A stretch of DNA of 64,000 nt from Mustelus asterias (GCF_964213995.1 NW_027590170.1:186001-250000), one strand, 5' to 3'. Positions 36,502-50,468 are shown, counted from the first letter of the stretch. Numbers and translations: made by a program. The notes: generated from the letters alone by a model not told the origin.

Positions 36502-39500
36502 CTATAGAACATAGAACATAGAACATTACAGCGCAGAACAGGCCCTTCGGCCCACGATGTTGCACCGACCAGTTAAAAAAAAAACTGTGACCCTCCAACC
36601 TAAACCAATTTCTTTTCGTCCATGAACCTATCTACGGATCTCTTAAACGCCCCCAAACTAGGCGCATTTACTACTGATGCTGGCAGGGCATTCCAATCCC
36701 TCACCACCCTCTGGGTAAAGAACCTACCCCTGACATCGGTTCTATAACTACCCCCCCTCAATTTAAAGCCATGCCCCCTCGTGCTGGATTTCTCCATCAG
36801 AGGAAAAAGGCTATCACTATCCACCCTATCTAAACCTCTAATCATCTTATATGTTTCAATAAGATCCCCTCTTAGCCGCCGCCTTTCCAGCGAAAACAAT
36901 CCCAAATCCCTCAGCCTCTCCTCATAGGATCTCCCCTCCATACCAGGCAACATCCTGGTAAACCTCCTCTGCACCCTCTCCAAAGCCTCCACATCCTTCC
37001 TGTAATGTGGGGACCAGAACTGCACACAGTACTCCAAGTGCGGCCGCACCAGAGTTGTGTACAGTTGCAACATAACGCTACGACTCCTAAATTCAATCCC
37101 CCTACCAATAAACGCCAAGACACCATATGCCTTCTTAACAACCTTATCTACTTGATTCCCAACTTTCAGGGATCTATGCACACATATACCTAGATCCCTC
37201 TGCTCCTCCACACTATTCAAAGTCCTCCCGTTAGCCCTATACTCAATACATCTGTTATTCCTACCAAAGTGAATTACCTCACACTTCTCCGCATTAAACT
37301 CCATCCGCCACCTCTCGGCCCAACTTTGCAACCTGTCTAAGTCTTCCTGCAAACTACGACACCCTTCCTCACTGTCTACCACACCACCGACTTTGGTGTC
37401 ATCAGCAAATTTGCTAATCCACCCAACTATACCCTCATCCAGATCATTAATAAATATTACAAACAGCAGTGGCCCCAAAACAGATCCCTGAGGTACACCA
37501 CTTGTAACCGCACTCCATGATGAATATTTACTATCAACCACCACCCTCTGTTTCCTATCCGCTAGCCAATTCCTGATCCAATTTCCTAGATCACCCCCAA
37601 TCCCATACATCTGCATTTTCTGCAGAAGCCTACCATGGTGAACCTTATCAAACGCCTTACTAAAATCCATATATACCACGTCCACTGCCCTGCCCCCATC
37701 CACCTCCTTGGTCACTTTCTCAAAAAACTCAATAAGGTTAGTAAGGCACGACCTACCTGCCACAAAACCATGCTGACTATCACCTATCAATTCATTACTC
37801 TCCAAATAACTATAAATCCTATCCCTTATAATTTTTTCCAACATCTTGCCGACAACAGAAGTGAGACTCACCGGTCTATAATTCCCGGGGAAGTCTCTGT
37901 TCCCCTTCTTAAACAATGGGACAACATTCGCTAACCTCCAATCTTCTGGTACTATACCAGAGGCCAACGACGACCTGAAGATCAGAGCCAGAGGCTCTGC
38001 AATCACTTCTCTTGCCTCCCAGAGAATCCTTGGATAAATCCCATCCGGACCAGGGGATTTATCTATTTTCAGACCCTCCAGAATATCCTGCACATCCTCC
38101 TTATCAACTGTAATACTGTCTATTCTACTCCCTTGCAACCCAGTGTCCTCCTCAGCTATATTCATGTCCCCTTGCGTGAACACCGAAGAGAAATATTGGT
38201 TCAATGCTTCACCAATCTCCTCCGGTTCCACACATAACTTCCCTCTGCCATCTATAACTGGCCCTAAACTTGCCCTAACCAACCTTCTGTTCTTGACATA
38301 CCTATAGAACGCCTTAGGATTCTCCTTAACCCTATCCGCCAAAGTCTTCTCATGTCCCCTTTTAGCCCTTCTAAGCTCGCTCTTCAACTCCCTCTTAGCC
38401 AATCTAAAGCTTTCTAGTGCACTACCCGAGTGCTCACGTCTCATCCGAACATAAGCCTCCTTTTTCTTTTTAACCAACAAAGAAACTTTTTTGGTGCACC
38501 ACGGTTCCCTAGCCCTACCAATTCCTCCTTGCCTGACAGGGACATACCTATCACAGACTCGCAGTAGCTGCTCCTTGAAAAAACTCCACATGTCGGACGT
38601 TCCCAGTCCCTGTAATCTCCTAGTCCAACCTATGTTTCCTAATTCTCTCCTAATAGCCTCATAATTACCCTTCCCCCAGCTAAAACCACTGGCCCGAGGT
38701 TCATGCCTATCCCTTTCCATCACTAAGGTGAACGTAACCGAATTGTGGTCACTATCACCAAAATGCACACCAACTTCCAAGTCTAGCACCTGGTCTGGCT
38801 CATTTCCCAGCACCAGATCCAATATAGCCTCACCTCTAGTTGGCCTGTCTACATACTGAGTCAAAAAACCTTCCTGCACGCTTTGAACAAAAACTGACCC
38901 CTCTAACGAGCTAGAGCTATAACAATTCCAGTCAATATTAGTCAAGTTAAAATCCCCCATAACAATTGCCCTATTACTATCACACCTAAGCAGGATTGAC
39001 TCCGCAATCCTTTCCTCAACCTCTCTAGAACTTTTAGGAGGTCTATAAAAGACTCCCAACAGGGTGACCTCTCCTCTCCTATTTCTAATCTCCGCCCATA
39101 CTACCTCAACAGATAAGTCCTCATCAAACCTCCTCTCTGACACTGTGATACAATCTCTGACCAATAATGCTACCCCTCCCCCTCTTCTACCTCCTTCCCT
39201 ACTTCGACTAAAACATTTGAACCCCGGGACCTGCAGCATCCATTCCTGCCCCTGCTCTATCCATGTCTCTGAAATAGCCACAACATCGAAGTCCCAGGTA
39301 CTGATCCACGCTGCAAGTTCACCCACTTTATTGCGAATACTCCTGGCATTGAAGTATACACATTTCAAACCCTGCTCCACCCCACCTCTGCAATGCCGTG
39401 CATTGCAGTCCCCATCCATGCATCCCTCACTTTCAGCCCCACTACTCAGGATCCCTCCCCCCCCCCGAATCAGTTTAAACCTCCCTGCATGGCCTTAGCA

Positions 39501-39683
39501 AATTTACCCCCCAGGATATTGGTCCCCTTCTGATTAAGGTGTAGACCATCCTTCTCATAGAGGTCACACCTTCCCCAGTACGAGCCCCAATTGCTTAAGT
39601 ACCTGAACCCCTCCCTCCTGCACCATCCCCTCAGCCATGAATTCAAACCTTCCCTCTCCCTATTCCTCTCTAAACTATCCCGT
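36502..39683 (-). mobile_element. Young 5'-truncated CR1 LINE
   Basis: (tagaaca)n tail at ~36504, intact ORF2, ORF1 3' remnant at 39470-39683. It splits a host repeat at cagcact|gtgggagtacc with no obvious TSD. Confidence 0.95.
36600..39419 (-). CDS. CR1 ORF2 (APE endonuclease + reverse transcriptase), uninterrupted 939 aa
   Basis: YFNARSIRNK, AISETW, MGDFN, SDHNSV, GVPQGSVLGP, KFADDTK and FFTQRVVRDWNALP. Confidence 0.96.
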   Translation of the reverse strand: MDGDCNARHCRGGVEQGLKCVYFNARSIRNKVGELAAWISTWDFDVVAISETWIEQGQEWMLQVPGFKCFSRSREGGRRGGGVALLVRDCITVSERRFDEDLSVEVVWAEIRNRRGEVTLLGVFYRPPKSSREVEERIAESILLRCDSNRAIVMGDFNLTNIDWNCYSSSSLEGSVFVQSVQEGFLTQYVDRPTRGEAILDLVLGNEPDQVLDLEVGVHFGDSDHNSVTFTLVMERDRHEPRASGFSWGKGNYEAIRRELGNIGWTRRLQGLGTSDMWSFFKEQLLRVCDRYVPVRQGGIGRAREPWCTKKVSLLVKKKKEAYVRMRREHSGSALESFRLAKRELKSELRRAKRGHEKTLADRVKENPKAFYRYVKNRRLVRASLGPVIDGRGKLCVEPEEIGEALNQYFSSVFTQGDMNIAEEDTGLQGSRIDSITVDKEDVQDILEGLKIDKSPGPDGIYPRILWEAREVIAEPLALIFRSSLASGIVPEDWRLANVVPLFKKGNRDFPGNYRPVSLTSVVGKMLEKIIRDRIYSYLESNELIGDSQHGFVAGRSCLTNLIEFFEKVTKEVDGGRAVDVVYMDFSKAFDKVHHGRLLQKMQMYGIGGDLGNWIRNWLADRKQRVVVDSKYSSWSAVTSGVPQGSVLGPLLFVIFINDLDEGIVGWISKFADDTKVGGVVDSEEGCRSLQEDLDRLQSWAERWRMEFNAEKCEVIHFGRNNRCIEYRANGRTLNSVEEQRDLGICVHRSLKVGNQVDKVVKKAYGVLAFIGRGIEFRSRSVMLQLYTTLVRPHLEYCVQFWSPHYRKDVEALERVQRRFTRMLPGMEGRSYEERLRDLGLFSLERRRLRGDLIETYKMIRGLDRVDSDSLFPLMEKSSTRGHGFKLRGGSYRTDVRGRFFTQRVVRDWNALPASVVNAPSLGAFKRSVDRFMDEKKLV

Positions 39684-39957
39684 GGGAGTACCTACTCTGC
39701 AGGTTTTGCAGCGGTTCAACAAGGCAGGTCACCACCACTTTACTGAATGCAATTAGCAATGGGGAACAAATGCTGGCCTAGAAAGTGTCGCCCACCTCCC
39801 ATAAAGTAATGTTAAATATACTAATCTTTATGAATGAATGAGAACTGGTGAATGCATTTTTAAAAATTGTGAATGGATGGTCGTTGGTGAAAATAATTAC
39901 TATTCTTCTGAACATTTATGACATTCTCCTTATCTGCTGGAAGATTTAAGGTTTGAC

Positions 39958-40255
39958 GTTTATTTATTAATGTCACAAGTAGGCTTACATTAACACTTCA
40001 ATGAAGTTACTGTGAAAATCCCCGAGTCGCCACGTTGCGGCGTCTGTTCGGGTACACCGAGGGAGAATTTAGCCGGGCCAGTGCACCCTGCCTGCATGCA
40101 TTTTCGGACTGTGGGAGGAGCACCCAGAGGAAATCCACGCATACACGGGAAGAATGTGCAGATACCGCACAGACACCGACCCAAGCTGGGAACCAATCCT
40201 GTGGCCCTGGCACTGTGAGGCAACAGAGCTAACCACTGTGCCATCCTGGCACCCA
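39958..40255 (-). mobile_element. HE1-like SINE (paralogue at 53360-53660)
   Basis: Reverse complement of the family at 9220-9585. Confidence 0.75.
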
Positions 40256-42249
40256 CCATTCCACAAGAGATGCATGATTCAAATTCATCACACTTTTTGC
40301 AAAGTAAGCCAATGGAAGAGACTGCTCCAGCTACAGACATATCTCAGTCATGGCATCACGGGAAAGATCTTTGCTAGGGTCACACTTGAAATACATCATC
40401 TACTTGCAGACCGGGTGTTCCTGATGTATAGTGTAGTGATTGTGTTGGAAGATTTACTCCAGCCAACAACTTCTCCATGTTCCATATGTCCATATCTTTA
40501 ACGTACTTTGGTCAATCTCGCTAAGACATTCAACACCGTCAGCACGGCAAGGACTATAGGATTTTGGTGATAACTGGCTCTACACCAAAATATCCATTCA
40601 TGATACAAAAACGATAACAAACTATGACAAATGGTAGCTTAATGGGCAGCACTTGTGGCAGAACTCACCTTTCAAAAATTGTCCTCTTCAATCATCAGAA
40701 AAGGTGACATATGTAAAAGAAGCCAATCTGAATTGGATGTATTGTAAATGGAAGGATGCAAGTGAACATTTTGAAATTAATTTCTGTCAAACATGATATA
40801 TTTCACAAAACACACGCAAACCAAGATGCCCAATTTTTGTTCCGCCAGGATCACTCGATTCCAGAAATGATTTAAAATGAGTCCAAATATAGACACAAAT
40901 TTTAAATTAAAAGGTGAAGAGAGGTTGCGTGCCCTTGACATCGACGCAACATTTGACCGTTTGTCGCATCAAGGAGCCCGAGCGAAACTGCAGTTAATGG
41001 GAATCAGGGGGAAACAGTCCACTGGCTGGAACACAAAGGAAGATGGTTGTGGTTCTTAATGGTCAGTCCTCTCAGTCACACGGCTTTGCAGGAACTCTTC
41101 AGGTTAGTGACAAAGCCCCAAGCTTCAGCCATCATCAAAGTTCATATGTGGGATGTTCACTGATGATTGAACAAAGTTCAGCACCAGTTCCGACTCCTCA
41201 GGTACTGACACAGTCTGTGTCAATATGAAGCAAGACTTAGAAAACATTCAGACTTGGGCTATTGAGTGACAAGTAACATTAATGCCACACAAGTGACAGG
41301 CAATGACCCTCTCCAGTAAGGGAGATTCCAACCTTCTCCCCCTGACACTAAGTAGCATTACTAGCGCAGAATCCCTCACTATCAACATCCTGGGCATTAT
41401 ACTTCGTGAAAATCTGAACTGGAGCAGGCATTTAAATCATGTGGCTACAAGAGCAGGTGAGATGCCAGGGGTTCTTCGGCGAACAGCTCACCTCCTGAAT
41501 TTCCAAACCCTCTCCATCATCTACCAGGCAAAAGGCAGGAATATGAACAAAGAACAGTACAGCACATGAACAGGCCCTTCTGCCCATCAAGTCTGTTCCA
41601 ACATAAATGATTGAATATTCTCTACTTACCTAACTTGTGACACTCAAAAAGCTCAATGCCATTCTGGAAAAAGTAGCTGTCTCGAAGAACACCCCACCCA
41701 CCAGCTTCCCAAAGCTTGCCAACATATTCTCAAAGGAAATTATGATTTGGCAACAAAAGTTGACTGTCAGTGACGTCAGAATCCCATGAAGTAATGTTAA
41801 AAATATCATATCTCTGCTTATATTCAACTCACCTCTGACTCTGTCCGCGTTACACTAGGTTCTGCCTGGATCACATTCCAGGAGGTCCTATCTACGTTTT
41901 TTTGCTGCACTCGGCTCAATATCAGCTGTTCATGTACAGGCCCTGTTAATATTATAATTTCTAAGTTACGGTTGCACTTAGCCATGTCTCTGCTAATCTG
42001 ACAAGAGGCCGTGTCTTAATTCTTACTGCCTCAGAACATTTATCTCTGTGTACTAAACTGGAAATACTGTCTTCATGCATTACACATGGTTCTGTCACAG
42101 TTATTTTGCTAGTCGTTCATTAGATTTTAATAATCCAAGTCCTTTTTAAGTTAATGCAGCACCAGTCCATGTATTTGGTTATTTAAGACTATGTCTTGTC
42201 TCAGTTTTATTGTACTTTGCAATACCTCCTAATTGCTGCATTGTCCGAA

Positions 42250-44130
42250 TCTCAGTGTGCATCAGTCTAGTTCCTTTATCAACAACTACTACGAATGAAG
42301 TGGGCTCTGTCTAAGTTTATATCAGTCAAGGTACTATATCAGTAATTATCACTAACACACTGGACTTTGTTTCAGTTTAAACCTGTCTCAGTCCTGTATC
42401 AGTAATTACTCGGCGCTGTCTCAGTTCATGTCGCATAAGCTCCTATATCAGTAAAACTGAGCTAGACACTGTCTCAGTTTTCTTTTCCTTGGCAATGTCA
42501 TTTTTAAAAATGTTTCTTTCATGGGATGTGGCTGTCATTGGAATTTGGCATTTGACCATTCCCACATGGCACTCGGCACTAACTCATTTCTATTTTGTTG
42601 GATCTGGCCCCTGTTTATATTAAAATACAGTCTGGTTCTGTTAATACTCTGCTAGATCGAAATTCAGTTTATATTGCACGAGGCATTCTCTCTGGATATG
42701 TAATATTTGATACCGACACTGTATATATTTCACTAGACTGTGTTATTCCTGCACTTAACTATAGCTGTTTGAATTATGCCTGCGAGAAGAAGAGATAATA
42801 TGTCTGCGAGAAGAAGAGATAATATGTTGGGATAAAAACATTGTTATCAGGCAGGATCCAGAAACGGGCAGTATTGGATCGACAGTATTTGGTTGGTGCA
42901 GTCTTGGAGGGCCGATAGGCCTTTCCCTGTGCGGTGATTTTCTTTGTTTTTTGTTCTTTATTGACAACGCATGCTACACAGGGCTTGGTATCCATTTTCC
43001 ATGCAGTCAGCAGAAGTAGATTTCAGATATCGCTTCTTCTTTTCCCGTGCCCAAAACCTCATAAAGTTTGCAGAGAATTGTATTCCCCCAACCACTTCCC
43101 TCATTACTGGCATTGTCCAGTGCAGTAAAAACTGAGACCATGTCCAATACAATATAAACGTGGACAGGGTCAATTGCAGAAATAAGACTGCATCTAGTTA
43201 AATGCAAATAGAGATAGGTCTATATTAATATAAACAGAGACAACGTCTCGCTTAATATGAACAGAAACATGGTAACGTATAATATAACGTATAACAGCGT
43301 CTAATTTAGTATAAACAGATACAACATCCAGTTTCATATGAGTAGAGACAGGCAATATAATATTGTACGTGCAATATAAAAATAGTTAGGGTCCAGTGAA
43401 AAATCAACAAAGGCATGGCCTCATAATATAAGCTGACAGAGGGTAAATTTACTGTAATATAAAGAGACTGGTTCAATCCCCATGAAATTTGTAGAGACGG
43501 CCGACTATCCCATCAAAAGCTTACAGGACAGGAGTAACATGGTGTTAGCTGAAGAATGCAAAGTTCCCTCTGCATTGCCAAATTAAACCCTCCCAAGGCA
43601 GGAATAGCATGAGTTACATACAAAGTGAATCTCGCTCTATACTATCCAAATCAAACATTCCCAGAACAGTATACTGTCTCGAAAGAGAGTGAAACTCCCT
43701 CTACAAAGTCTGCTCAAACAAAATGAAGGCAGAAAGAGCAGTAACTCTCTTCTACGTAAAACCTCTTCTGCACTCTTCCTTCAGAGATTCGGGAGGCAGA
43801 TTTAAATTAGTGTTAGGTACAGGGAAAAGAGCTGTCTACATAGTGCCATAAAACACACCCAGGTCAGGTACAGCAGAGATGAGATACGGATTAAATCTTC
43901 CTTGACAAAGTCATTTGAAACATTCAAAAGGAAGGTACAGTGAGTTTAGATGCAGAGTAAATATTCCAAAGACAGGGACAGCAGCGGCTAAATATGGGGA
44001 CAGATCCTTTGGTACTGCCACATTGAATCCTTATCACCAGGTACAGCCGAGGTTAGATACAGAGGAAAATGTATCAAATATACCAAGATTAAAGAATGCT
44101 CAAGAGATCTTTTAGAGTCAAGCTCTTTCA
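42250..44130. repeat. Decayed satellite arrays (~60-bp, ~26-bp and ~66-bp units); paralogue at 55700-57630
   Basis: Recurrent ctgtctcagttta..atcagtaatta, tctagtttaatataaacaga and ttagatacagagtaaa..ccctctacactgtcc..aaacactcccagg units. Confidence 0.65.
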
Positions 44131-44719
44131 CAGATTCCAATTCATTGAATTAAATTCTTTTAGAAGTCTATAACTTTGGCTGAGAGAACACATTGGGTAG
44201 ACATTGACTTCATGTTGTGGAGTGAAGGTGACGAACCATTGTGGGGAGATCAGACACTGAAACAGACAGGAGAAAGACAGAGAGATGAAACAGGAAATTT
44301 CAATGAATACATTTGCCGTGTCATTATATTTCGGGATCAGTGGGATGTTTTCCTAATTCTGGACATAGATATCATCATGACGTTTTTCCTCATGTAATTT
44401 AAAATCATAGCTTTCAATAATATTGAAAAACAATCGTTACTGGAATCCGTTGATCGATTTGCATGTTTGTCTCTATTTCTGTGCTGTGTTGGTGGGGAAA
44501 TATTTGTTGTGTTTTTGTCAGTCAACAATCTAATCTGGGATTTCTATTTCTGTGTTTATTTACATAAACACCTCACTGTTTACAATGAAATGTTCATGGC
44601 AGCAAAACCATAAACCGTCACTTATTGATCTGTTTCAAATCAAAATAGCGTTTATTTTAAGAATATTAACAGTTGATTCAAAATTAATAGAAACTTTTTG
44701 AACATTCATTACACAAGAT

Positions 44720-45400
44720 ACAAAGTAGCAAAGATTAGTGGGAAAATAGAGCATTTGGAAATCTTTAAAGGTCAACAGAAAGCCACGAAGAAAGCTATAA
44801 GGAAAAGTAAGATGGATGATGAAAGTAAACTAGCTTAGAATATAAAAACAGATATCAAATGTTTCTACAAATATATAAAGCAAAAAGAAAGAGTGGCTAA
44901 AGTAAACATTGGTCCTTTAGATGATGACAAGGGGGATGTAATAACTGGAAATGAAGAAATTCAGAGATTTTGAACATATAGTCATTGGAATTCAGAAGAG
45001 TGCCGGGAGAATCTTATAGAAGCATATAAGATTAGGAAGGGAATTAATAAGATAGAAGCGGGGAAGTTGTTTCCACTGGCAGGTGAAACCAGAACTAGAG
45101 GGCATAGCCTCAAAATAAGGAGGAGCAGATTTAGCACTCAGTTGAGGAGGAAATTCTTCACACAAAGGATTGTGAATCTGTGGAATTCCCTGCCCAGTGA
45201 AGCAGTGGAGGCTACCTCATTGAATGTTTTTAAGGCAAGGAAAAATACATTTCTGAACAGTAAAGTAATTAAGGGTTATGGTGTGCAGGCTGATAAGTGG
45301 AGCCGAGTCCACAAAAAGGTAGGCCATGATCTTATTCAATGGCGGAGCAGGATCGAGGCGCCAGTTGGCCTACTTCAGCTCCTAGTTCTTACATTCCTAA
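44720..45400 (+). mobile_element. CR1 fragments that truncate pseudo-VH2
   Basis: TRTRGHSLKIRRSRF and FFTQRIVNLWNSLP; tail ttcttacattcctaag. Confidence 0.85.
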
Positions 45401-45557
45401 GATACTACAAACACTGTCCAGGGACCTGTCTGACCCAGACACCCAGTTGCTGCCATGGGTAAAGCCACGCGATGGCTTTCCAGGTCAGTCTCCGGGAGCC
45501 TCAGGGACGCCCGGTTTCTGCCTCTGGCTGAGCCAACACAATATCTGATTAGACACT
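45400..45557 (-). pseudogene. IGHV: VH pseudogene 2 (FR1-FR2 only)
   Basis: [25 protein letters not shown]...WVRQVPGQCL*. Clear nucleotide match to 32330-32471. Confidence 0.92.
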
Positions 45558-45579
45558 TTTACAAATATGAAAGAAAAAC

Positions 45580-45900
45580 ATGTAAAAACAACGCCACGCA
45601 CCCCGGACATACTCTCTCGCCTTTTTCCATCGCGATGATGCAAAAGCTTGAGGACATTTATAAACCGAGTCAAAAACAGTTTCTTTCCTGCTGCATTCAG
45701 ACTTTTGAATGGACCTACCTCGCATGAAGTTGATCTTTTTCTACACCCTAGCTATGACTGTAACATTACATTCTATACTCTCTCCCTTTCTTCCCTATGT
45801 ACAGTATGCTCTGTCTATATAGTGAACACGAAACAATAACTTTCACTGTGTAGTAATATGTGTGATAATAATAAATCAAATAAAATCAAATAAAATTTAT
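45580..45900 (+). mobile_element. LINE 3' fragment (Rex1/Babar-like) in the pseudo-VH2 intron; paralogue at 60185-60505
   Basis: RTFINRVKNSFFPAAFRLLNG; (aaatc/aaata)n tail. The VH intron sequence resumes at ~45905. Confidence 0.65.
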
Positions 45901-48900
45901 CAAATATACCGAGGATTACTCCCGGTGAATTGATTGCTGACACTGGAACATTCCAGAAACAGACTAATACTGAGGCAGTAAGATTGAGATCCATTGTAAT
46001 GTCTCTGTAAGTCCAAGGGGTGAAATTGCATTTGATTATCTGTTATATAAAAGAAACAATTTCATTGTAAATTAAATACCTTCATTTCTGCACCCCTTCA
46101 CAAGGGAATAGACATAAATAAGGTGACATTATCTTATCAGGGTAAAGACGTCAGTCAGATTTGCAATAATTCTGTGTCTCTAACACATTGCAGCAAAATA
46201 ATAATTCATGAGAGGAATTATTATCGATTTATGTAACTACATGCTGGGATGATTGTATTTCAGGTGTGGATAGCTATCCGTGTAATTTGGGACTGGATAT
46301 AAGCAAAAAGGGAAGCAATGGCTTAGTGTTATTATCGCTATACAATTAATCCACAAACTCAACTAATGTTCTCAGGATCTGGCTTCGAATCCCGCCACGG
46401 CAGATGGTGGAATTTAAATTCAGTAAAAACGTCTGGACTTAGGAATCTACTTATGACCATGATATCATTGTCGATTGTCTTCAGTAATGTCCTTTAGAGA
46501 AGGAAATCTGCTGTCCTTACCTGGCTGGCCTACATGTGATTCCAGAGCCACAGCAATGTGGTTGGCTCTCAACTGCCCTCGGACAAGGAGTGGCCAATAA
46601 ATGCTGACCATCCAGTGGCATCCATGTCCATAGAATCCCTACAGAGCAGAAGGAGGCCATTTGGCCCATTCGGCCTGCACCGACAACATTCCCACTGAGG
46701 CCCTATCCCCATCACCCCACGTATATTCGCTGCTAATTCCCTTGGCATCATGGAAGAATTTATCATCGCCAATCAACCTAAGCGGCGCATCTTCGGACCG
46801 TGTGAGTAAATAGGCAGACAATTGGAGGACGTGCAGACTCCACACAGACAGAGACTCCACGCAGATCCAAACCGGGAATTGAATCCGGGTCCCTTGCGTT
46901 GTGCGGCAGCAGTGCTAACAACTATGCCACCGTGCCGTCCATGAATGAATTGAAAAAAGAAACTCCTCATATGATACAATGTTACACCTCATATTTCCCC
47001 AACAGCTCCTTCACCCTGTGAAAATTAACAGTGAAAGAAACATGGTTGACTTATAATTAACTGAGTTGACAGAGATACATAAAATTGAAATCGATTTGGA
47101 CAGAGAAATTAATGAATCAGAACCAACACGGCGATCAGGAAAGTTCTCCTTCAGCATCCCAATCATTACAGCTCATTTTATTGGCCACCGCTGTCTAACA
47201 TTCATTCGTCGTGGGAACACAGGATATCAGGACTTTGCGGCATTTTGCACAATATCACAAGAGTAAATGTTTTATCTTCCACTGAACCAGGTTATGAACT
47301 GGTCATTTCTTCACTCATTGGCAGCTATGAGAGGGACTGTTAAATAATCGAAATCAGGTTATGCTGCACAACAGAACATGGTGCCAATCACGTATAATTG
47401 ACGTTGTCTTTTTAAAGAGGTGTAGAACACTGAGAATATTCCAGGAATCCGCGCTGTTCAAGGCAGTTATATGACTTTCTTTTACTTTTAATTATTTTAA
47501 TTTTGGGCCATTACACTGATCTCGTTGGACTGAGGGATTGGGGACATCAAAATCTCTTTCGTGCACTTCATGAAGTTGCTCACAACGTGGATTTAATTGT
47601 TGGAACGACATTTATTTGGAAGTTATACAAATGAAATAGCACCGAGCCAATTTACTAGTTTCCGATACTGTTTAATCACATAATGAACAGTGCATTCATT
47701 TCAAATATTTGCTGAGAATACCATTTAAAACGTGTCTTTCTTGTGGGAATCAAACATTTATTATAGAACTGGCTAAGTCCCATTTTATTCTTACAGATTC
47801 ACGTTAATCTGTCCCACGCAGTATTTGGCAGCAGTCCAACCTGCTGCCAAATACCCGAAGATATTTACAGGAAGCATCTGAGGGTGTTTGTTCAGAAACT
47901 CAAAGATCTGTTTCCTCAGCACTGAGCGCTTGGCTGCAAGCCAACTTCAAACTCTTAACTTTGTTAATAGGGCCTATTTATAAACAAATCTGCCCAGCAA
48001 CAGTACTGGAGGCAACTTAATTATTGTTTAAGTTGTAAACCTATATAAATGCTTCCCATTTCTTTGGAAAAGAAAGTTTCCAGCTTCTCTGGCACCTTGT
48101 TCGCAACAATGATGATCTCTCCAACACAACAAAATACTGTGAACGATGGATAAAAATAAACACAGGCAGATTGTGAGAGTTGATTCAGAGAGGTGATACA
48201 TTTTATAATACATAAACATGTATGCTTGTGTTTTATTTCACTTTTTTCTTCCATGGGACGTGGGAGTCTCTGGAAAGACCAACATTTGTTTCCTGTGCTT
48301 AATTTATTTTGAACTGAGTGGTGTGTTAGGACATTTCAGAAGGCATTGCCCAGTTACGCATACTGCTGTCCGTCTGGAGTCACACCCTGGTGAGACTAAG
48401 TAGGGATGGCAGATTTCCTTGATTGGGGAATCAGAGTGGTTCATCTGGTCGCTGCAAATATGAATCCAGATTTATTGATTGAAATCAAATTCCACCAGCT
48501 GCCATGGTCGGATTTAATCTCGCGTTCACACATCACTGGCCTGGGCCTCTGGATTACTGCTCCACTGGCATTAATATTACGCCACCATCGACACAAGAAA
48601 TAAATAAATGCCTGTGTTGATGCAGGGATGAACGATAGTTGGCTGCCTGAATGTTTTCATCGAGAAATCAGTGAATGGACTGATGGATGTGATGATAGCT
48701 GGTCCTGACATTTGTTGTTCCACATTCGCACACTTGTGTTTTACTACTTCAAAAATCGAGGCTGGTCCTTTATTACAATTGTGTCAGTCCACAACCTTTA
48801 ATCCTTCCAGATTTTCTGGGTGAATTCCATCCCAGGGACATGCGGAACAAATGAATTGAACGTCACTAAGAGTAGTCTGATTCCCCCCCCCCCCCCCCCC

Positions 48901-49627
48901 CCCCCCCCGCTGATGGTGAATCTCCAAATGCAAGATGGAAAGAGGGAACATGATTAGGTTGATGAGGGAAGATTGTAATATTTGGAACATGTGGCCTTCC
49001 TAGTGCAACAAAATCACTCAACAGATCATCACCCAAATTAGTGAAGATAATACGCTAAAAAATAAACGATGTGGCAACTACAATATTGTGAAACTCACTG
49101 GACAGCTTGAAGTTTTAAATTACTTGCCAGAACTTTGTAAAAATGAATCGGGATTTTAAGCGTCTATAAATTCACATTAGATACAGATACTTTCAGTTGT
49201 ACAGTCATTTTTAAAATGGTCACACACTCCAGTTATATATCAGGAGTTTCTGTGTGATGATGAGGTCATTACTTGTTAATAAAGCGCAGAGGCTGCTGGG
49301 TAGCTGCTACTATTTGGCTGATTTAATTCAATTTCCCGCTGAATTCTGGGGCAGATTTGTTTCTTTCGTGACAGAAAGGCCAATGTTATCTCAATACATT
49401 TGAATCTGCAGTTTCATAAACTGCAATTATATTTGCATCAAATAAAATACTGACAATAATTGGTGAAATATTAATATATTTTTGTGAATTGAAGGTTGTT
49501 GGTAATATTGACGCCAGGCAATGATCATCTCCAAAAAGGGAGAACCGACCCATTGCCCCTTGTCACTCAATGATATTATGGTACTGAATCACCCACTATA
49601 AACATCGGCGGGGTTACCATTGGCTAA

Positions 49628-50468
49628 TAAGAACATAAGAACATAAGAAATAGGAGCAGGAGTAGGCCATCAAGCCCCTCGAGCCTGCCCCGCCATTCAA
49701 TAAGACCATGGCTGATCTGATAGTGGTTTAGTTCCACTTACCTGCCCGCTCCCCATAACCCTTAATTCCCTTATTGATCAGAGATCTATCTACCTGTGAC
49801 TTCAGCATATTTAACGAGGTAGCCTCCACTGCTTCAATGGGCAGAGAATTCCAGAGATTCACTACCCTCTGAGAGAAGAAGTTGCCCCTCAACTCTGTTC
49901 TAAACTGACTCCCCCTTATTTTGAGACTGTGTCCTCTAGTTCTTGTTTCCTTTCTAAGTGGAAAGAATCTCTCTGCCTCTACCCTGTCTAGCCACTTCAT
50001 TATCTTATATGTCTCTATAAGATCTCCCCTCAGCCTTCTAAACTCCAACGAGTACAGGCCCAATCTACACAATCTCTCCTCATAAGCTAACCCCCTCATC
50101 TCTGGTATCAACCTGGTGAACCTTCTCTGTACTCCCTCCAAAGCCAATATATCCTTCCGCAAATAAGGGGAATAAAATTGCACACAGTACTCTAGTTGCG
50201 GCCTCACCAGTACCTTGTACAACTTCAGCAAGACCTCCCTGCTTTTATACTCCATCCCCTTCGCAATAAAGGCCAACATTCCATTTGCCTTCTTGATCAC
50301 CTGCTGCACCTGCAAACTGAGTTTTTGCGATTCATGCACAAGGACCCCCAGGTCCCTCTGTACAGGAGCATGTTGTAATTTTTCACCATATAAATAATAG
50401 TCCATTTTACTATTATTCCTTCCAAAGCGGATAACCTCACACTTGTCAACGTTATACTCCATCTGCTG
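49628..50468 (-). mobile_element. CR1 3' fragment
   Basis: ORF 49728-50471 encodes the RT C-terminus; (taagaaca)n tail. Confidence 0.93.

Noticed and set aside
46385-46420. tRNA-like ttcgaatcccgcca motifs (also ~60985, ~22030)
   Set aside because: These are B boxes of tRNA-derived SINE heads with no complete cloverleaf.
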